Shown in pieces: positions 61,412 to 64,000 of a stretch of 64,000 nt of DNA. Under the pieces are notes generated by a model, which did not search any database, was not told the origin of the DNA, and worked only from the letters and a program-made list of their open reading frames with translations. This DNA comes from Parachlamydiales bacterium (GTDB taxonomy: Bacteria; Chlamydiota; Chlamydiia; Chlamydiales; Parachlamydiaceae). The DNA lies in assembly GCA_020051075.1 (NCBI GenBank), contig JAGVJP010000011.1:1-64000 (forward strand), written 5' to 3'. Both the position numbers and the translations under genes were made by a program. Within the stretch, counting starts at the first letter, position 1. Each line of letters begins with the position of its first letter.

Positions 61412-61443
61412 AAATGCCTTCAGAAGAAATTCCGAAGGCATTT
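61412..61443. terminator. Probable bidirectional terminator
   Basis: AAATGCCTTC / GAAGGCATTT between convergent genes with A/T flanks. Confidence 0.6.
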
Positions 61444-61495
61444 GTATTTTCGAACGATTTGCATTGCAGGCCGCACCAGGTGTGGCAGCAAGCAG

Positions 61496-62284
61496 TTAGG
61501 AAGACGACCGTTGATCTAATTGAGCCAAGATCTCAAACGCTTCAGCAGCTGAGATTGTTCCACTGCATTCCGTTTCGCAGCTGATTTCCCGATCACGAGA
61601 ACCAGCAAAAGCATTTGAGAACGATAAAGAGTAGTTTTCTGGCTGATAGAACAACACGTTGTCTGCAGCAGAGCTTCTTCTGTCATGATAACTTGATGAT
61701 GGATATGCTTCCCGATCGATTGGATTAAATCCTTGGATATAAACATGAAGTCGATAGATTGAAGGGGTAACAACACTGACAGATGGATTCTGAGCATATG
61801 TTGAATGGTTATAACCATCTGTTTGAACAGTGATTGGATGTTCTTTTTTCGTCGATATCCCTCGAGCGATAAAAACTTTCCTGCCATCCTTCGTTTCCCC
61901 TTGATAGAATGGCTCGGTTAAATCGTTCCATTTCAATCGCTTAATTGCATCACAAATCGATTCGTTTCCTTGATTAATTCTGATGCGAGGATGTTCTCCC
62001 TTAAACAACTCAACGAGAGGATCTTTGCGGCAATTCGAGAGAATGATTTTCGCGAGCATCAAAATCCCAACAATGAGTAGAGGCTTCCGTAAGACAGAAG
62101 ATCTAAATACCGCCTGCGCTAATCCCATCAAGGCTAAAACGACAATGCTCCGTATCGCCACAGCTTTTCCATGCAATAGAGTGGTGTAATTGTTTTTAGG
62201 AAACCATTCGAATTTAGGGTAATTTGAATGAAGGTGAGTGAGAGGACGATTAGAAAAATTAAGATAATTTTGTTGTTGAATCAT
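61496..62284 (-). CDS. Hypothetical protein with N-terminal hydrophobic hairpin (paralog B)
   Basis: Shares KDPLVE, SIC.AI..L.W.DL, T.DGR.VFI.RG, CET..SGTIS.A.AFEI.AQL with 62629-63507. Confidence 0.8.
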   Translation of the reverse strand: MIQQQNYLNFSNRPLTHLHSNYPKFEWFPKNNYTTLLHGKAVAIRSIVVLALMGLAQAVFRSSVLRKPLLIVGILMLAKIILSNCRKDPLVELFKGEHPRIRINQGNESICDAIKRLKWNDLTEPFYQGETKDGRKVFIARGISTKKEHPITVQTDGYNHSTYAQNPSVSVVTPSIYRLHVYIQGFNPIDREAYPSSSYHDRRSSAADNVLFYQPENYSLSFSNAFAGSRDREISCETECSGTISAAEAFEILAQLDQRSSS

Positions 62285-62424
62285 AGATAATCCTTTATTG
62301 GGTTATTTTATAGTTAAAAATGAGAGGATAGCATGCATACAAATTGCTGTCTAATAAATTTCGTGCTCAATGTATCTTATCATAATCCTTCCCTTTTTCT
62401 CCTCTTTGCGCCAAATCACATGTG

Positions 62425-62610
62425 CTTGTCAACAGTGTTCTCCGAAAAAGCGGAAGAGGGCTTCCGCACTCCAAACGCTTCGCGAAAACAGAGAAAAAAT
62501 TGAATACATGAAGCCTTGGAACAGGCGTCTCCAAGATTACTCAATGGCTTCGCGAAGCGTTTGGAGTGCGGAAGTCCTCTTCCGCTTTCTCGGAGAACAC
62601 TATTGGCAAG
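62425..62610. repeat. REPIN-like palindrome
   Basis: 62-bp near-perfect arms 62425-62486 / 62549-62610, each with an internal GCGGAAG..CTTCCGC hairpin. Confidence 0.92.
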
Positions 62611-62628
62611 GATCTGTAGGCATAGCTG

Positions 62629-63507
62629 TTATTGCAATTGAGCGAAGATCTCAAATGCATCGGCGCTTGAAATTGTACCGCTGAACTTAGTTTCACAATT
62701 AGCAGTTGATACGACTGAACATTCAGGATTGACAAAGGAATGCCCAGCGCGTCTCGGAGAAAAAGTATTTCCTTGAAAGGGGGAAAAAACCGCATGAAGC
62801 CGTTCCTCAGTTCTCGCAAACATCTTTGCTTCAGGACCATTACCAAACTTATGGCTAAGACCTACGGTATCGCTTGGGCTAAACCTTTCAATATAAACTC
62901 TTAAACGGCTGCTTGGGAATGGGATGTCTGTAGCTCTAGGTTTCTGTTTTTTGGTGAATCGAACACCTGTGGTCGTACGCTCCAGCTGTTGAGGATCTGT
63001 GGTCACTCCTCTGATGATGAAGACATTTCTTCCATCCAACGTTGTCGTTCGATAAAGCGGCTGGTCTAGATCTTCCCACCGTAAGCCTCTAATCGCACTG
63101 CAAATGGATTGGTCTACCCCTTGTCTAAGATCGAGTTGCGGTAATTGGTTCAACCGAGTCTCAAGAGACTGCTGATTAGTGGAATTAGCAGATGAGTTTC
63201 TTGTAGGAAGATGCTTGCAGAAGAATTCGACGAGAGGATCTTTAGCGATGAGATGGGTATAGACTGTCTTCAAAGAAAAAAGGACGCCTACAACAGCGAC
63301 AAAGCGACGTAAACGCGGATATGATTTGAGCAGAAGCATCGCTAAACCTGTCAAAGCTAATGCCACAACAGTACGGATCATCACAACATTTTTTGGCAAT
63401 CGTGTGGAAAACTGTTGATCAAACGCATATGACCACTGAAAATTTGGGTATTGCGCTTGAAGTTGTTGGGGAGTTGCGCCGCTAAAAGTGAGGTGTGCAG
63501 GAGTCAT
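62629..63507 (-). CDS. Hypothetical protein with N-terminal hydrophobic hairpin (paralog A)
   Basis: 292 aa; clear paralog of 61496-62284; AAGGA RBS. Confidence 0.8.
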   Translation of the reverse strand: MTPAHLTFSGATPQQLQAQYPNFQWSYAFDQQFSTRLPKNVVMIRTVVALALTGLAMLLLKSYPRLRRFVAVVGVLFSLKTVYTHLIAKDPLVEFFCKHLPTRNSSANSTNQQSLETRLNQLPQLDLRQGVDQSICSAIRGLRWEDLDQPLYRTTTLDGRNVFIIRGVTTDPQQLERTTTGVRFTKKQKPRATDIPFPSSRLRVYIERFSPSDTVGLSHKFGNGPEAKMFARTEERLHAVFSPFQGNTFSPRRAGHSFVNPECSVVSTANCETKFSGTISSADAFEIFAQLQ

Positions 63508-63566
63508 ATAACAATCCTTATTGTATTATAGGTTAAACAAAAAGATTCATAAAACGATAAAAAGTG

Positions 63567-63595
63567 ATTATAGCATTCGATATAAAGCTTGTCTA
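63567..63595 (-). promoter_or_regulatory. Sigma66-type promoter of paralog A
   Basis: TAGACA-17 nt-TATAAT with extended TG; equivalent TAGACA-17-TATCCT at 62325-62353 before paralog B. Confidence 0.65.
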
Positions 63596-63612
63596 GATTT
63601 AAAAGTAACCAC

Positions 63613-64000
63613 TTATTGCTCTAGCAATTGGTCTAACATATGATCTTGCGCCGCTCTAGCATACTGCTCTAGCATACGATCTAGCGCAGCCCGATCACCC
63701 TGTTCGCAGTCCGCACCAAAATCGATGACCAATGCACGAGTACGCAGTAGTCTACCAAAATGACAATCACCCTTAGAATATTCATGAGCAACAAAGCTAT
63801 CAGGGAACCTAATCAAATTTTGCACTGCTGTCAAACCATCCGAATCAATCGCATTAATGTCAAAGCCATAATTGACCAGCTGTTGAATCGCCTCTTTGCT
63901 TCCGGCCATCGTCCAAAGTCTCACTTGCTCGTTTGGAGAAAAATCTTCTACTTTAACTAAACGCCTTTGTAAAACATAAGTTAAGTAAACTGGAGACGAT
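63613..64000 (-). CDS. C-terminal part of an ankyrin-like protein, runs off the window
   Basis: Frame open to the window edge; LVNYGFDINAIDSDGLTA. Confidence 0.65.
   Translation of the reverse strand, partial: SSPVYLTYVLQRRLVKVEDFSPNEQVRLWTMAGSKEAIQQLVNYGFDINAIDSDGLTAVQNLIRFPDSFVAHEYSKGDCHFGRLLRTRALVIDFGADCEQGDRAALDRMLEQYARAAQDHMLDQLLEQ

Overview
64 kb of chromosome from an environmental chlamydia (Parachlamydiaceae-like, judged from the omcA-omcB operon, chlamydial HEAT/LptD genes and Inc-like membrane paralogs). Housekeeping content includes ROK-HAD-fbaB, ugd, ispA, rlmN, waaC, a RluA-family gene, tRNA-Val, infC-rpmI-rplT-pheS, and speA with a DHS-like gene. Accessory genes include an AlbA-HATPase-HTH regulator, an AAA-nuclease, an ankyrin protein, alpha-2-macroglobulin/pbpC and a GH5. 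Many intergenic gaps hold large inverted-repeat elements from several families. Best candidate for an undescribed system: a GxxExxY (PD-(D/E)xK-like) gene at 55314-55727 is bracketed by inverted arms (core CAGGATAGGCAGGATCGC-AA/TTC-GCGGCAGGAT) that recur as gene-less hairpin elements at about 26.6, 34.5 and 42.8 kb, with diverged relatives at 49.2 and 52.2 kb. This resembles an autonomous/non-autonomous pair like RAYT/REPIN. Other highlights: an arm of a palindromic element translated in frame inside pbpC, a catalytically degenerate ThrRS paralog at the thrS position, a 251-bp gene-end duplication flanking an integrase-less insert, a structured 210-nt rpmI-rplT spacer, and two single-base frameshifts. 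All calls are by eye and from recalled family motifs; no database searches were run.
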